A stretch of DNA of 64,000 nucleotides, from positions 20,460,001-20,524,000 of the forward strand of contig NC_043015.1 of NCBI RefSeq assembly GCF_006345805.1. Direction: 5' to 3'. This document shows positions 28,241-43,545 of this stretch, in pieces (the stretch's first letter is position 1; each line of letters begins with the position of its first letter). Position numbers and translations under genes: made by a program. The notes below the pieces were generated by a model that saw nothing but the letters and a program-made list of their open reading frames with translations, was not told the origin of the DNA and searched no databases. The DNA comes from Octopus sinensis. Taxonomy: Eukaryota.

Positions 28241-28243
<3 letters not shown>
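27769..28243. repeat. Tandem duplication of 213 bp (27769-27981 and 28031-28243)
   Basis: The copies appear identical. Each holds a SINE 3' half plus unique flank and is bounded by (TA)n. Confidence 0.9.
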
Positions 28244-28318
<75 letters not shown>

Positions 28319-30816
28319 TAAATAGATAGATATATGTCATATTTTCCGTTTGTTGTCTTTTCATTTAATCCTGAAAATATTAGTTACGTAACCCATGCAT
28401 TCCTTATTTTTTTACACACACACACATATATAAATATTCTTTTACTTGTTTCAGTCATTTGACTGCGGCTATGCTGGGCTAACACCTTGAAGGAATTTAG
28501 TTGAATAAATCGACCCCGTAACTTGTTTCTTATGCGCAGAACTTATTCTATCCTTCTGTTTTACCGAACCGCCAAGTTACCGGGACGTGAACGCATCATT
28601 ATCGGTTGTCAAACGTTGATAGGGGTACAAACTCAAACATACACATATATTCGGGCTTCTTTCAGTTTCCGTCTACCAAATCCACACGCAAGGCTTTTGT
28701 CGACCTAAGGCTATAGTAGAAGACGCTTGCCCAAAGTGCTACGCAGTGGGACCGAACCCCAAACCCTGTGGCTGGCAAACAAGGTTTTTAGCACATAGCC
28801 ACGCCAGTATATAATTTAATGTACACCGTATTAAAATAAGGGCTACTAATTGCTTCATGGTGAAGGCACATGTCCTAGAGGTTTAATCAGACCGGGCGAT
28901 GTGTGTATTTATAAGCGAAACACCTAAGCTCGACGCGGCTCCGGCAGAAGGTAATGGCGAACTTCTGCTGACTCTTTCGCCACAACTTTTTCTCACTCTT
29001 TCCTCCTGCATCTAGTAGCTCACCTACGACGGACCGGTGTCGCATCTAGGTGGGGAACCTATAAGCCAATGAAACCGGCCCCTTATGAGCCAGGCATGGC
29101 TCCAGAAGGAACAAACAACAACAACAACAACAGTTGTTTCATGACCCAGAACGTGAATATTGCTTGGAGACATTAGGCAAGTTTCAAAAACCTGCCCAAC
29201 CAGTGATATACTGTGGTCCATGCAATCAGCTGTACTCTCCCCGAAACAGGAAAGTTGAAATTTGTAAGCATTGTACAAATCTTAGAAATGAATAATAGTT
29301 AAAGTACTTGGTGTAGTTTTTGTTGTGCGGTGATGTAATTTGTTAGTAATTGAAGAGGTACAAATCTATCTTCCAAACCGGAAACCTAATTACATGACAA
29401 ATAATACCACATCCGATCACTCACCTCATTACCTACTTCCGAGTTTTTTTTTCTTCCCTTGCAGCTTAATAACGCACACATATCCATGCATCCACAAACA
29501 CTATTAAACATTGTCCAAGGCAGACACCTACAATGTTCGATATCATTACTGCAGGCGGAGAGGCCGACAGTCGTACAACCATATATATATAAGAGTGTGT
29601 ATGTGTGCGTGTGTGTGTGTAGATATATATCCTTTTATTCTTTTATGCTTTTCAGTCCAAAGGCTGTGGCTATGCTGGAGTACTGCCAAGATTATCACCT
29701 TTGTAATGGCTATTGTTATATATATATATATATGTATATACACACACCCACACATACACATATGCATACATATTATACAGGCACATCCTCACATATATTT
29801 TCACCTCCATTTACATATATAAAGGGTTAATTCGTTAAAGTGTCTGTTTTGGACAAATACCAGGCGTATTTAACGAACTGTGGAATAACACTGGAAATGA
29901 TCTAATGGCACACACATACACATCTTTCTCTCGAAGCTACAAAACCTATTGTTATGTTGAAGTGTATTACATTGGGAATCAACAGCTTTGCACAACTATC
30001 TTTTGCAATATGGGTGAATTGAAAAACTACGCATACACACCCCGCACATATCTAAGCAGAAATACATGTACATATACATATGTACAATTATATACGCATA
30101 GAAACGGACTCATAGAACTAGAATTTGAAATATACATAATATGAAGTATTATATATATACATACATACACACACAAACACATATATATAAGTACACATAT
30201 GTATGCATAGTAACATACATGCATATACATGCATACAAGTAGATGCCGACAGAATCAATTCCATATACACAGTTTAAGACGCTCATACGAACCTACGCAT
30301 GAATACATAGAGAGATATGAAGAAATACGCAAACCGAAAATACGCATATATACACATGAAACACGTCACAGGTAGTAAACCTAATCACTAAAATATATCT
30401 CCAAATCCAAGCCAAAGAGGAAATCATCTCTAATGTATTTAAGGCAGGAAATATAAACAAGTGGTTTTAACATTTTAAACTATTTTTTCCCGAGATCAAA
30501 TCCCACCGAGAATCAAATTTGCTTTCAGTTTTCCTTCACGGCAACAATAAACATAATATCTATCAAATGCCGAGATCTAGTCTTTGTTTGTTTCTTTGTT
30601 TTTTTTTCAATTCTTCCAATCTTTCCCTACCTCCCCCCCTCTCTCTCTCATTCTCGCCCGTGTTTCTTTATCCAGATTCTTTATCGATGATTCCAGTAAT
30701 GATGTGCGAAACGCTACTATTACTCTGGGCCCTGGGGAGAAGCAATGGTGTCTGTTTCAACTGGGTTCTCCGAATGATGAAGATTTGTCTTTCTCTCCAC
30801 TCCATTTCTGTCTATT

Positions 30817-30859
<43 letters not shown>

Positions 30860-31664
30860 TTGCTTATGCTATCATCAAGTGTCCTAAATCTAAGAGAAGG
30901 GGCCTTGTTGGAATAACGCTCGATCTTGAGCTCTGGAAAGAAGTTCGCTGTTCTATTTCAACTGCGGTCTCCAAATAATAGAGACATTTATTTCTCTCTA
31001 CCGCCTCTCCCTCTCTTCCAGTATGCTACGCAGCCTAAACCCATACCCATCCAAGAGGTTCCAATGTCAGGTGAAGTGACCCGTTGGTCGGAGTACAATA
31101 TTCTTGTATCCATCGGAAAAACTGCGGCAGAAGCCTGCACTTTCCATGACTATAACGCAAGTGAGAAAAGTCAGAATCGTGGTAACGTTGAAGAAAAAGT
31201 TTGGCGGAATTTGTTCCAGTTATTTAACTTTACGATTTTGATCCTACTTTCTTTTATTCAGGCTATATGTACCGAGGATTACATAAAGCGTCGTAAACTT
31301 TGTTGTGTAAGACGGTAAGTGGCAAGTGATTCGAGTAAGCTTTAGCAATCATTTCAAGTGGATCGAACCTCTACATTTGCAGGCCCTATTTTTAGTTCAC
31401 TTCAACCCTCGTTATTGACGTCAGGGTCATGTTTTGACACTCCATACTAACAGAACTGCAAACCAATTCGTTCGAAGAGAAATTACGGTTACGTTGTTTC
31501 TAATGAGCAGCAAACGGTGGCAACACCTTCAGTGCTGTGTCCGGGTGATCGGTAATCAAGGCTAGTGAAGCGGTTTCAAATGGCTCCTGTGGCAAAGAAC
31601 TACTGCACATGTTTTGTGCTGGAAATATATTTACTAACGGAATGTAATATGAAAGCAAACTTAC

Positions 31665-31763
31665 ATGGTCTTTGTCTGGCAATATGCTGAACCTCATGTT
31701 GTCTCCGTTATCTCCATCCGTGGCTACCACTCCGCAGTCTATCGTGCTGCCAATTTCTGTGTC
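31665..31763 (-). CDS. Cadherin-repeat protein, exon A (33 aa)
   Basis: Acceptor tctctgtatttcag and donor GTAAGT, 99 nt, phase 0/0. Encodes DTEIGSTIDCGVVATDGDNGDNMRFSILPDKDH, which has the cadherin A-x-D-x-D-x-G-x-N calcium motif. Confidence 0.9.
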
Positions 31764-32407
31764 CTGAAATACAGAGATATAAATATATATAATTATATTT
31801 AAACACATATACATTTACTATTATTAATGGGCAGAAGTTACACCGTGACGCAAGGGCCGAGTGTTTCGTGCCTTTTAGCACTACACGTCCATAAGAGATG
31901 CTTTTTCAGCGCGAATAATGCTTCTGTTGCTAATACAATACACACAAGCATACATACATAACAATTAAATATACAAGAAGAATTTACAAACATACACAAA
32001 CACACGCGTATTTACACACATATGTATATATATGTATGTATGAGTGTGTATTTGTGTGCGTAGATAGGTTTGGTGCAATGAATATGATGAATGAAACTCA
32101 GGACATATATGTTATTGATATTAATCGCCAAAAATTTCGTGCATCGCTCTTTGATTCCTGCTAAGCGCCAAGATATCGGCCCTTGATGCACCATGTAATA
32201 ATAATGATGATGTTTTCTACAATAGGCACAAAGTCTGAAATTTGAGGGAGAAGGATAATCGATTATATCGACACCCCCATACTCAACTGGTACGTGTTTT
32301 ATTGACCCCGAAAGGGTAAAAGGCAAAGCCGAATTCGTGGGGATTTGAACCTACGAGTCGACCTCAGTGGAATTTGAACTTAGAACGATTCTGCCAGCTC
32401 ACCGTCT

Positions 32408-32458
<51 letters not shown>

Positions 32459-33042
32459 TAATAATAATAATAATAACAACAACAACAACAAGAGCACTCA
32501 GAGAGCGCAAACCTCCGCCAAGGCAACACCAATGGCTTCTCAACGATTAGCCAGAGATGATTTTTAAAATGAGAATATCTGAAATAAGCTCGACTGCTCT
32601 CATAAAAGAGAATACTAAAAATGAAATCGACTGCTCTCAAAAATGAAGTAAAAAGAAAAAAAAAAAACAGGAAAAATAAATAATCCCAAATCCTTGTTCG
32701 GTACCGGATCTATCCCAAAATCTAATAAGTTCATGCCAGTTACGAGGCCAAACATCCCTGAAGGTTTCATCAGTATCCTTCCCGCTGCTACGATCTATCG
32801 GTGTGCATTTCTCTCAAATAAGTGTTCTAAGATATTCACGCTGAGTTCTATATAATAATTGCTTTCTGGTACTAATTCTGCTGCTATTATTCTCTCTCTC
32901 TAAAGATATATATATACGACAGGCTTCTTTCAGTTTCCCCTCACTAGATTTTGGTCGGCCCGAGGCTATAGTATGTAGCCACGCAGTGGGATTGACCCTT
33001 GTGGTTGGGAAGCAAGTTCCTTACCACACAGCCACTCCTGCG

Positions 33043-33111
<69 letters not shown>

Positions 33112-33305
33112 ATATCTATCTATCTATCTATCAATCTATATATTGCACAGGTCTTAAATTTATTGCATATATATATATTGCAAACACACGCCCATGTGCA
33201 TTTCTCTCTGTGTGTAAAATACACGACTTTTGGATACATGAAAGTGAATACATACTAACATTCATTTCTAGCCTAATTCATATATAATTCGCCAAACGAC
33301 GCGAG

Positions 33306-33360
<55 letters not shown>

Positions 33361-33689
33361 ACGTTGTCACATCCACACACTTGCAGCAACACTAATAAAG
33401 TTCTACCTTCATCATTTCCTGAAAAGAAATCCCATGAATTTCATTCTCTCATTTAATTAAACAAATCAAATCTGTTTCCCTGTCAAGTCTGAAGATTTCA
33501 TTCAGAAAGAGCGATAGCAGCGGCGACGACAGCAGCTGCAGAATATAACGAGCAAAATAATGGAAAAGAAAACCACTTCATCGTATGGCTGAAGGAATGT
33601 GTGTGTGCGTGTGTGTGTGCGGACGTGGGCTTATGAATGTGTGAGTGGCAAATTAGCTTGCTGCGCTATACTATATTAGCAAATATGGA

Positions 33690-33731
<42 letters not shown>

Positions 33732-33861
33732 GTATAAGATGTAGAAAATTTTTAAGTTATACAACACATATGCGTATGTGTAAACAGCATAATATACGGC
33801 TCATATATGCATAAAAGACACACATACACACGGAAGCATATATATCTATGCGTATTTATAA

Positions 33862-33909
<48 letters not shown>

Positions 33910-33941
33910 ATATATATATATATATATAAATATGTGTGTAT

Positions 33942-33994
<53 letters not shown>

Positions 33995-34819
33995 GCTGCT
34001 TATAGTTTCATGTTATTGTGATATTTAAGCAGAATTATTTATAAAATACGCCATTTATCTTAAAGCAATCTTTCAGATCCTGTTTATGCGTTTTATATAC
34101 AAGGACGCTGAAAAGTAAGAAAACAAGAAGGAACGTGGAAAAAAGGTGAAGAAAGCTGGTGCAAAAATGGTACGGGAAAGAAGAAACGAAATCAAGAACA
34201 GGTCCTCGTCCACCCTGCTTGCAGAAAGCTCATTAAATACAACTGGTTTTGAACAAAATAACAGAAAATGTGTCAAAGTCTGCGAGACAGCAACTCAGTC
34301 TGGCGAGGGTGGTACCCTCCAATACTGTAAGAGAGACCTATGTGTCTACAACTGTCTATGTGTCTTGCTGGATCGAAGAAGAATATGAGGTCTTTCTGCT
34401 ACGCATAAGTGGCATTTCTTAGATCCATTAATATATGGCTTGGATTTCTCCAATTAATTGTATGTGGAGTGGAATTCCTCTTCAAATTCCATATATGGCT
34501 AAACCATCTTTGCTGCATTACTTTTATCGGTGTACCGGAAGGAAGATAGGTGGTTTACATAACGCCTCTTGAATTCGCACTCACATACACATACATGAGT
34601 ATTGATATCAATATATATATAGATATAAATATACTAAATTAATACATTTCCATACTTCAAAATGTAACCAAAATCAATCGTTCAGAAAGTAACAGACTTT
34701 GGGGCCTTAAAAAACCTATACAAACCAATTTTTGTATATTTCACAAATTTTATTTAATCAGCATCAAAATACACCCCTTAAGAGTTCATAGTGTTTCCAG
34801 GAATGCTATGGAGGTCCGC

Positions 34820-35520
34820 TGTTGCTTTTCTCATATTTTCCTCTCTCCACTCAAATCGCTTCCTTTTCAGTTTGGTTATTTGTTTGGGGATGAGCCAGAA
34901 GTCACACAGAGCTGAGCCGGGAGGCTTAGGAACCTGTCGAACAAGTGATGCATTGCTTTTGACCGAGAAAGCTTGGATTACGATGTGCGTTCAAAGAATA
35001 TACCTCTTTATTTTTTCGCCGACAAGCCCCACATGCACAAATCCTCCATTAAAATGGAATACACTGAACCTCTGCTTATTCCCACTTTGTGAGGAATTTC
35101 CTTGACTGGACGGTCTTCGATAACTATTCGCCGAACATTCTCAATTGGCTCCTCGCTTCGGCTTGTCAATGACCTGCCTGAGTGTTTCTCGCTCCCATGT
35201 TTCAGGCGACTGTCTCACTCCTTGATCTGAAACTTGCCCATGGCATCATCTCCAAAGTTCCTTTGTATAGGATTTCTATGTTTTTGGTGAAACTTGAAGT
35301 AACATCTATGATCGATGCGCGATGCGTTCGGTCATTTTAAATGAAAACGAAAATTTGACACACTACGCAACTGCGCTCCGTATCTCTTAAGAACACCTCA
35401 CATACACACACCACCGTCGGACAAACATAGCGCCTCTCCATACACACACAGTGACCTTAGTCTTTAGACGGTCATCAGCCAAAATTCTTTAGAATTCTAT
35501 ACACAACTGTACATTACTCT
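34820..35520 (-). mobile_element. Mariner transposase relic
   Basis: The minus strand gives FGDDAMGKFQIKE and SRSEEPIENVRRIVIEDRPV.KEIPHKVGISRGSVYSILMEDLCM, the mariner N-terminal HTH regions, with stops and frameshifts. Confidence 0.75.
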
Positions 35521-35772
35521 TTTACTTCTTTTAGTCATTTGACTGTGGTCATGCTGGAGCACTGCCTTTAGTCTAGTAAATCGAACCCAAGACATATTCT
35601 TTGTAAGCCTAGTACTTATTATATCGGGCTCTTTTGCCGAACCGCTAGGTTACCGAAACGTAAACATACCAAAATCGGTTGTCAAGCGATGTTGGGGGAA
35701 CAAACAGAGACACGCAAACATACACACACACACTCACACACACACACTCACACACACGCACACACACACACG

Positions 35773-35822
<50 letters not shown>

Positions 35823-36766
35823 CATATATACGACGAGTTTGTTTCAGTTTCCGTCTACCAAATCCACCCACAAGGCTTCGGTCGGCTCGAGGCTATAGTA
35901 GAAAACATTTGCCCAAGGTGCCACGCAGTGGGACAGAACCCGGAACCATGTGGTTCGTAAACAAGCTACTTACCACACAGACACTCCTATGCCTATATAT
36001 ATTTATGCCAGGTCAAATTAACCGCGTTCTCTCTCTCTCTCTGTCTCTAAAAGATTTTCTGACAATATTAAGATTTATAAAATGCTCCATATAATTTCGT
36101 TAATTAAACATCTGCTCGTCTCCATTCACGTAATCCTTCGACTTAAAACTTGTTGCTTCAATAAGCTTCTTTCACCTCCATTCCTTTCATTTATTTCATT
36201 ATCTTCACACCGTCTCTGCAATAGCGCTTTTGTGCTATTTCTTTGCCTAATTTATTATTATCCTTTATTCTATTCATTCTTCTCTTTTCCTTCCTTTCTG
36301 CCACTCTTCTCTTCTTCTTCATTTCATTCCTTCTCCTTTGTAATCGCTTTCCTTGCATTAGTCTTGCCTAGCTTGCTTAGTTATATCTATACATCTGGCA
36401 ATGTTTTTGTCCTTTCTTTTATTTTTATTTCTGTTTTAATCTTTGGATTGCAGCCATAATGGTGTCTAACCTTGAAAGGATTTCAGGTGAACAAGACCAC
36501 CTCAGTACTTATTTCGTTAGTCTGGTATTTATTACAATCAGTTTTGTTTGTCGAACGTCTAATTCGTGGGGATGTACACAAAACAACACTGGTTATGAAG
36601 CGGTTGTGGGACGGACACACACACAAAGGTACAAAAATGACGGCCCTCACGCTGTTTCTATCCACCAAATTCACTCAGAAGGCATTGATTGGCCCAGAGC
36701 TATTGTAGAAGCTAATTCTCCAAGGTGTCACACAGTGGGACTGAACCCTAAACCACGTATCTGCGC

Positions 36767-36847
<81 letters not shown>

Positions 36848-37149
36848 TATATACATATATATATATCTTCAAACATTCATGCTTAAATACAAGCTACCGC
36901 AGGCATACATACATGATTCCATCCGTGCATCCACCTACACATCCATTCATCTATCAATCCGTCCACCCAGCCAGCCATAAAGAAAATGACTGCGTATGCA
37001 AGATGGCAGTAGAAAAATAGGCATATACATCAACCATGTGCTCCAAATTGAAGAGAATAACTTCCTACGGGTGAGTAGTGCGTTCCCTCAAAAATGCATC
37101 TCCCACGATGACCTTCCATGCATTCCCTAGCGTAGATCGTTAAAATCCG

Positions 37150-37560
37150 GTATCGAAAACTTCACAAAATGTTATATGCCTGAATATGTTTCTTATACAG
37201 CGGAAGATATTTATAACATTGACACGAAGTATAGCTTGTTTTGGACTCGTCACTGTTACATCACGTCACATTCTTTTGTAAATGAAGAGATAAATTTTGC
37301 TAGGAAGTAACGGTTTAACAAAAAGAGACAATGAAACATATAAAACCTGACCGAAAATGGCAATTGTGTTATATTTCTGGGTAAGATATTACATTGGTGA
37401 ACTATTACAAACCTGTGTGAAAATGTTATACTACTACCATCCAATGCAGAATGATATGTTGTTGCTAAAACAATATACTATGGTATCAGTAGGAAAGACT
37501 CGCCTGAGATAACTACAGAGAATATCTTTGTTATTGAACACCTACATAAGGGATATCGTT
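37150..37560 (+). mobile_element. pogo/Tigger-like transposase relic
   Basis: EDIYNIDTKYSLFW resembles xDIxNxDETGLFW, and MVSVGKTRLR resembles LVIGKSxxPR. Confidence 0.45.
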
Positions 37561-37800
37561 AAAATATTCCCCTGAAAGCTTCCTCCAAGTTTAAATATAA
37601 CCGATTTGATATGATCGTTTGGGACTAGAAAAAGAATGTAAAGTGATTCAGGTCAGATGCCAGGCTACCGTGAATATTTTCTCAGAAAATCAGTTGCGAA
37701 CGGGATATTTACAGACAACTGCTTCGGAGCCCACAAAATTCGCAGCGAAAATACGAATTTACACACACATTACGATATATATATATATCTGTATCTATCT

Positions 37801-37844
<44 letters not shown>

Positions 37845-38164
37845 TATATATATTATATATATATATGTTTGTATGTATGTAGTGTTGGTATACCAGGCTA
37901 CTTTAGTAGATATTAACTGGCAACCTCAGAATGTTGAGCTTTACAGACTAAGATGGTAGCCAACTAACGCACAATTCACAAACGCCATCAGTTAAATTGA
38001 ATAGTAAAAATAGGCAACAATTTTTCTAAAGGTCAACATTTTGCGCATTTATTATCCAAATTCCAACAATGGAGCTTCATTTCCTTTTTTAGAATCCAGG
38101 TCCTTCCTAATAAGGAGAATTGAAATGGCTAAAGCCGTATATTATGAGTGTGTGTACATGTATA

Positions 38165-38214
<50 letters not shown>

Positions 38215-38479
38215 CACACACATAATTACATATACTCATTCATCCATACTTCTGTGCATCCATTCATTCACATATATCTGCCTACATACATAAATGCATA
38301 TGTTCATATTCTATATTGCATCGGAAACAAGCAACGTTTGTCTCCGATGTTATAAATATTTTCAAAGAATTATTCCAGGACAAGATTTGTTTGTCCTTCT
38401 ACATATTGTAACATTGAATCCACCGTAATTTATTTTTACAGCAATGCAGTGGTTATGTGCTACGATGTACAACAGCTAG

Positions 38480-39180
38480 TGATATCAATATAACTTATAT
38501 TTTCTTTGTGGATGATCTAAAGATCTACGCTGGAAATATTTACAGCTGGGTTTAATAATAACTTATTCAGCTGATATCGGAATGGAATTTATTCAGAAGA
38601 TATGAACATTTTTGTATTTGTACTTGTGTCAGTCATTGGACTGCGGGCATTCTAAGGCACTGTTTTGGGGTTCGTTTAACAAGTCGGCCTCTGTATTATT
38701 TTTTTAACTCAAATACTCATTGACCCGTTGTCTTTTAACGATCTGCGAAATTACGGGGGAGATAAACAAACCAACACCATTTTTCAAGCGTTGGTGGTTG
38801 GGAAAAACGCACGCACACATTCATATGTATTTACGACAGGCTTCTACACAGTCTCTATCAGCCAAATTCACTCACAAAACCATTGGTGAGCGCGATGCTA
38901 AGCAGAAGACACTTTACAAAGGTGCCATGCGGTGAGATTGAACCGGAAACCACTTAGTTCCTTAACTACACGACCTTGAACGTTGAACACACAAGAATAC
39001 ATTTCCATATCCAAAAAATTTGCATCAATGTTTTCTTTATCTTTTTTTATTCCACCCAGCAAGTGCTACAGATATTTAGGAGTAGACAAAAATGTATCGT
39101 ACAGAGGTGTTGCAAAACACAAATTATGCCCAAAGAATATTATAAAAGTTTTCAGAAAGCAGGTATGCCGGGGTCATTCT
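38480..39180 (+). mobile_element. R4/Dong-like RT relic interrupted by a SINE
   Basis: FFVDDLKIYA...FSADIGMEF (38500-38590) and YRYLGVDKNVSYRG...PKEYY (39065-39145). Confidence 0.6.
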
Positions 39181-39967
39181 CTTATTGCATGTCAATATTC
39201 CAAAAGGTTCCTGCAACTGCGAACATGTCTTTTATTAAAATCAGTGAGAAAGAGAAAATGCTTCGAGATCCGCTACTTCTATACTCGCATCAACAATTCT
39301 TATTTTTACTTCTAAAGATTGTTGCGTATGGCTGTTTTAGTAAATGTTTATGTAACAATCTCGAAAAGTTGTGATTTTCAGGCAAAAAAAGGGGAAAAAC
39401 ATGACCAGCTACCACACACTCAAGTAATACAGTCTTTAGTTGGAATAGTTAAAAATATGGAATAACTTTCAGCGTATAACTCTTGGGCGATGCTGTTACC
39501 AAATTCCAGCAATACAGCAGTTTTCGAAACCCACTACTTGAGAGGGAGAATTAAAAAAATAACATTAAAATGATACACATGCACACGTACATACACACAT
39601 ATAAAGACACATACACATTCTTGTCAGAAGCTCTAACGATTCACACAGTGTCCTCGTGCAGATTATGATGATGATCAAAATAATTTAAATAATACTCCTA
39701 ATGATGTTAATGATGATGATGATGGTGAGGATTAATATTGATTGTTGCGATGATGATGATGGTCATGGTGATTCTTATAATAACGTTGATAACGGTTAAG
39801 CTGATCGTGAAAAACGAAAACGACAACGAGGACGCCATGCTGCTGCTGCCGGCGACGACGACGGTCAATATTATTAATGGCAATAATTTTATACTTAGTT
39901 ATTTGTCATGGGAACTTCCAATTTACATTTTTGAAAACAATACACCAAGCAATACAGAAACTATCGA

Positions 39968-40007
<40 letters not shown>

Positions 40008-42735
40008 TAATAATAATAATAATAATAATAATTTCGGCATAAGGCCAGTAATTCCGATGGATGTGTGTGTGTGTGTGGTGGTGGGGGGCTAGTCCATTAC
40101 ATCGACCCTAGTGTCCAATTGTTACTTAATCTATCGATCTTCAAAGAATGAAAGGTAAATTCGACCTCAGCGGAATTTGAATTCAGATCACATCGACCCC
40201 AGTGCTCAACTGGTACTTCTTTTACCGACCCCCAAATGGATGAAAAGCAAATTTGAACTCACAACGTAAGGACGGACGAAATGCTGCTAAGAATTTTGAC
40301 CGGCGTGCTAACAATTCTGACAGCTTTCCTAAGAAATCATTAAAAACATGGCGCTCAATACATAACTAAACCATTGACTTAACGCTATACGTAGCATTTG
40401 TGAAATTGTGCGACTGCGTAACTATACACATATATCGGAGTTTACTGTCGATATAAGAGAGATTAAGAAAACTTAAACGACCAAAGACAAACTGTTCTGT
40501 GCTCGGTAATATGGTGTAAGTGCAAAGAAAATAAGAGGTTTGAATAAGGATGGGGATTCTTGACTACAGCACATTGCTACAAATTAGAGTGTGAGAATAA
40601 TCTATTACAGCAAACCTCGGCGTATGGTGGTTTTGGTTTGTCGGTTCCAGAAGCATTGGGAAGTAGGAATATTACGGTGGTATTCGAGCCCAGAACAAAA
40701 GCGTGTATAATGGCTATCAATATGCAACCAAATATCTTTGGTAGTATAGCATAAATCCCAAGATATTGGTATATGTATCATATTATCGATCAAGGAGAAT
40801 CAGAAATTTAAAACGAGTGCGATGGACGTGTTGAAGGTGATGGTGGTGAGATTAACATAAAGGGACGTAACCAAATAACTTCAATGTTAATGGCTTTTTG
40901 CCAATGTAAGAAAATGTCCTCATCTCAAAATCATCACCACTAACATCACTGTCGCCAGCAGGATGATGGTGATGATGATGAGGATGATCATCTCCATCAC
41001 ATTCATCATCATCATCGACTGAAATACTAGTATCATGATCACGATCACCAAACAACATCGCTACCACCAGCACCAACATCACCGTCAGCACCTTGATCAT
41101 GATCGATATATGAAGATATTAAATTCTAGGATTCTGAGATGGACAAAAAAATAAGGAAAAAAAATACAGAAAATTGATTTAAGATGAAACAATTGTTGAA
41201 ACAAATAAGAGAAAGGATAAAGAGAGAGTTGGCAGGGTGAGCTGAGAGAGAGAGAGATGAGTAGCAGAGTGCAAGAGGGAAGAGATGAGAAGTTAAGACG
41301 TGAGAGTATCAAGGGCTGGAATATCTGACAGCAGATTTATCAATGTCAAATAAAAAGAAAGAAATATAAGAAAATGTTCTCATACACAGAGAAGCTTATA
41401 CACAAATATACACACATGTATACAGAGAAAGACATATACCCGTGCAGTCACACACACACACAAGCATAATGAAGAGAAAAATACACGGAATAATTAAAGT
41501 AATTCTACATAAAATGTAGTCCAAAAGCAATGCAGCATTTAAACTCTTTTTTAAATTTTTTGCTCGAAAATCTGATGGATCTTCGGGACATTATATTGCA
41601 CACATTTCTATTGCACACATTTCTATGTGTGTGTGTGCGCATGTGGGAATGGTGGTTAGTTCAAGAGGGAACTGTGAGAATCTAATAATTTTTTTCAAAT
41701 GCTGAATTAATGAGCAAAAATGTTATTTGTGATTATGGGGGATTAACCTCCGATAAAGAAAGGGCATACAGAGTGAATACAATATCGGTTTGGAAAAGAA
41801 ATTACGTGGATAATAGGGAGGAAATACAGAAGAAATTATTGCTCCTCAAACTTTGCACTTTGTGTTTATACGTGGCTGGAAGGGAACGTTCGGTTTTTCA
41901 GTTCCGTAACGGATGCTTTTCAAATTGTCTGCATCTGCTAAACGTTTCTGAACTGGTGTTTAAATAAAGGTTTTAAAGAACATATCACACTCTATACGTC
42001 CAATTTATTTGTGAAACAAGCTTTTCCATACTTCAGTTCTTCAAGATTTTTTATTACCCTACTTTTTTAACCCTAACCCTGTATACTTAAAGGCGGGTAT
42101 ATAATTATGTAGTTGTCGTTTAAATTTTCCTTCAGTCATTCCTTTGTAATGATTATGTGTTCCTACTGGCCCAGCATCTACCAGTAATAAATTATTGCTT
42201 CAAAGCTGCACAATTTGTCTACAGCGCATGTATTCGGTTTCACGCCTGAGCATGGCATTATTTTTGATGCGTGTGCATGCATACGTTTGTACGCGCGATA
42301 ATTTGTCTTTCATGTTTACAGTGAATCTATTGCTAATTATAAGGTAGTTCTGCATTTACGTTTACATCTAATACTGAATGTGAAATATAATATGGCCAGA
42401 AACATCTTAACACTAATAATAAGAAATACCGGCGAGAGATAAATCTGAGTAGATTCTAAAACTGTATCTTTCTTTATCTTAGGACAATCAATATCAGTGA
42501 CTGAGTCTCCCTCGCGGACATGGTCGGAAGATGAGGATGGCCAAAGAGACAGAAATGTGTGTGGGAGTCCGTTTGATGGAAGCACTGGGTAGTTATAGTA
42601 TTTTGATGCCCTCTTCCATAAGAGGGATTTTTTCCATGGTAACTGCAGTGAATTTGTCTTCAGAAGTTAAAATTACCACATATTTTAACTAGCCTAAATT
42701 TCCTTTCTTCCTCATCAATGCTACTCTATATATAG

Positions 42736-42824
<89 letters not shown>

Positions 42825-43472
42825 TGTGTATGTAAAACTGGGACGCTGTGTGATTGTTTTTCCTCTATTTCTATTTCGTTTTCGTTGTGCAGAAAGATCC
42901 GCACTGAGTCAACGGTTCTAGGAGATATTTCATTCCAGCCGTGACATTCAAGCTCTTTTTAGTTATCTAATTTGCTCTTCTTTTTTTTGTTCAGAGACCA
43001 TAAATTGTTTCTGTCTTAGAAATGTTTGACTGCTATGTCTTGCCAGTCTATCGACAACATCAGTGCTCCGTAGGTGACATGATTATGTCTCCAGTTCCAT
43101 CCAGTGATTTAATATCACCCAGTTACTGCTGCAGGCTGGTTTACATTGGAGGTTGTGCTCTTTTACAGATCAGAAATATCTGTGTTATCGGAACGAAATA
43201 TATTCATTTCATATTCAATATAACCAACGTATAACATACACCACCTTTTTCTAATAAATTTAGACGAAAAATTTAAAACAAACCGAGAATATATAAACAC
43301 CAAAATATTGTAATATACCACTCATTCGATTCCTGTGTGTGTGAATGTGTTTCTACGTACAGTCTCATTAACACATACACCACGTACATAAAGTGACTGA
43401 TTTGAATTCTGTGAGGAAGAAATTAAATAAGTCTCAAAAATATACAAAATATTTATGCATATTTTGTATGTG

Positions 43473-43545
<73 letters not shown>

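Noticed and set aside
40616-40713. Phase-compatible candidate exon
   Set aside because: Poor pyrimidine tract, weak GTTTGC donor and no cadherin motif, so it is not called as a feature.
42066-42080. taaccctaaccct telomere-like repeat
   Set aside because: Only two units, which is expected by chance.
42337-43070. ORF with a TM-like stretch, and RTE-like words (RMAKET, FDCYVLPV)
   Set aside because: No splice-consistent exon, and the motifs are too fragmentary to assign.
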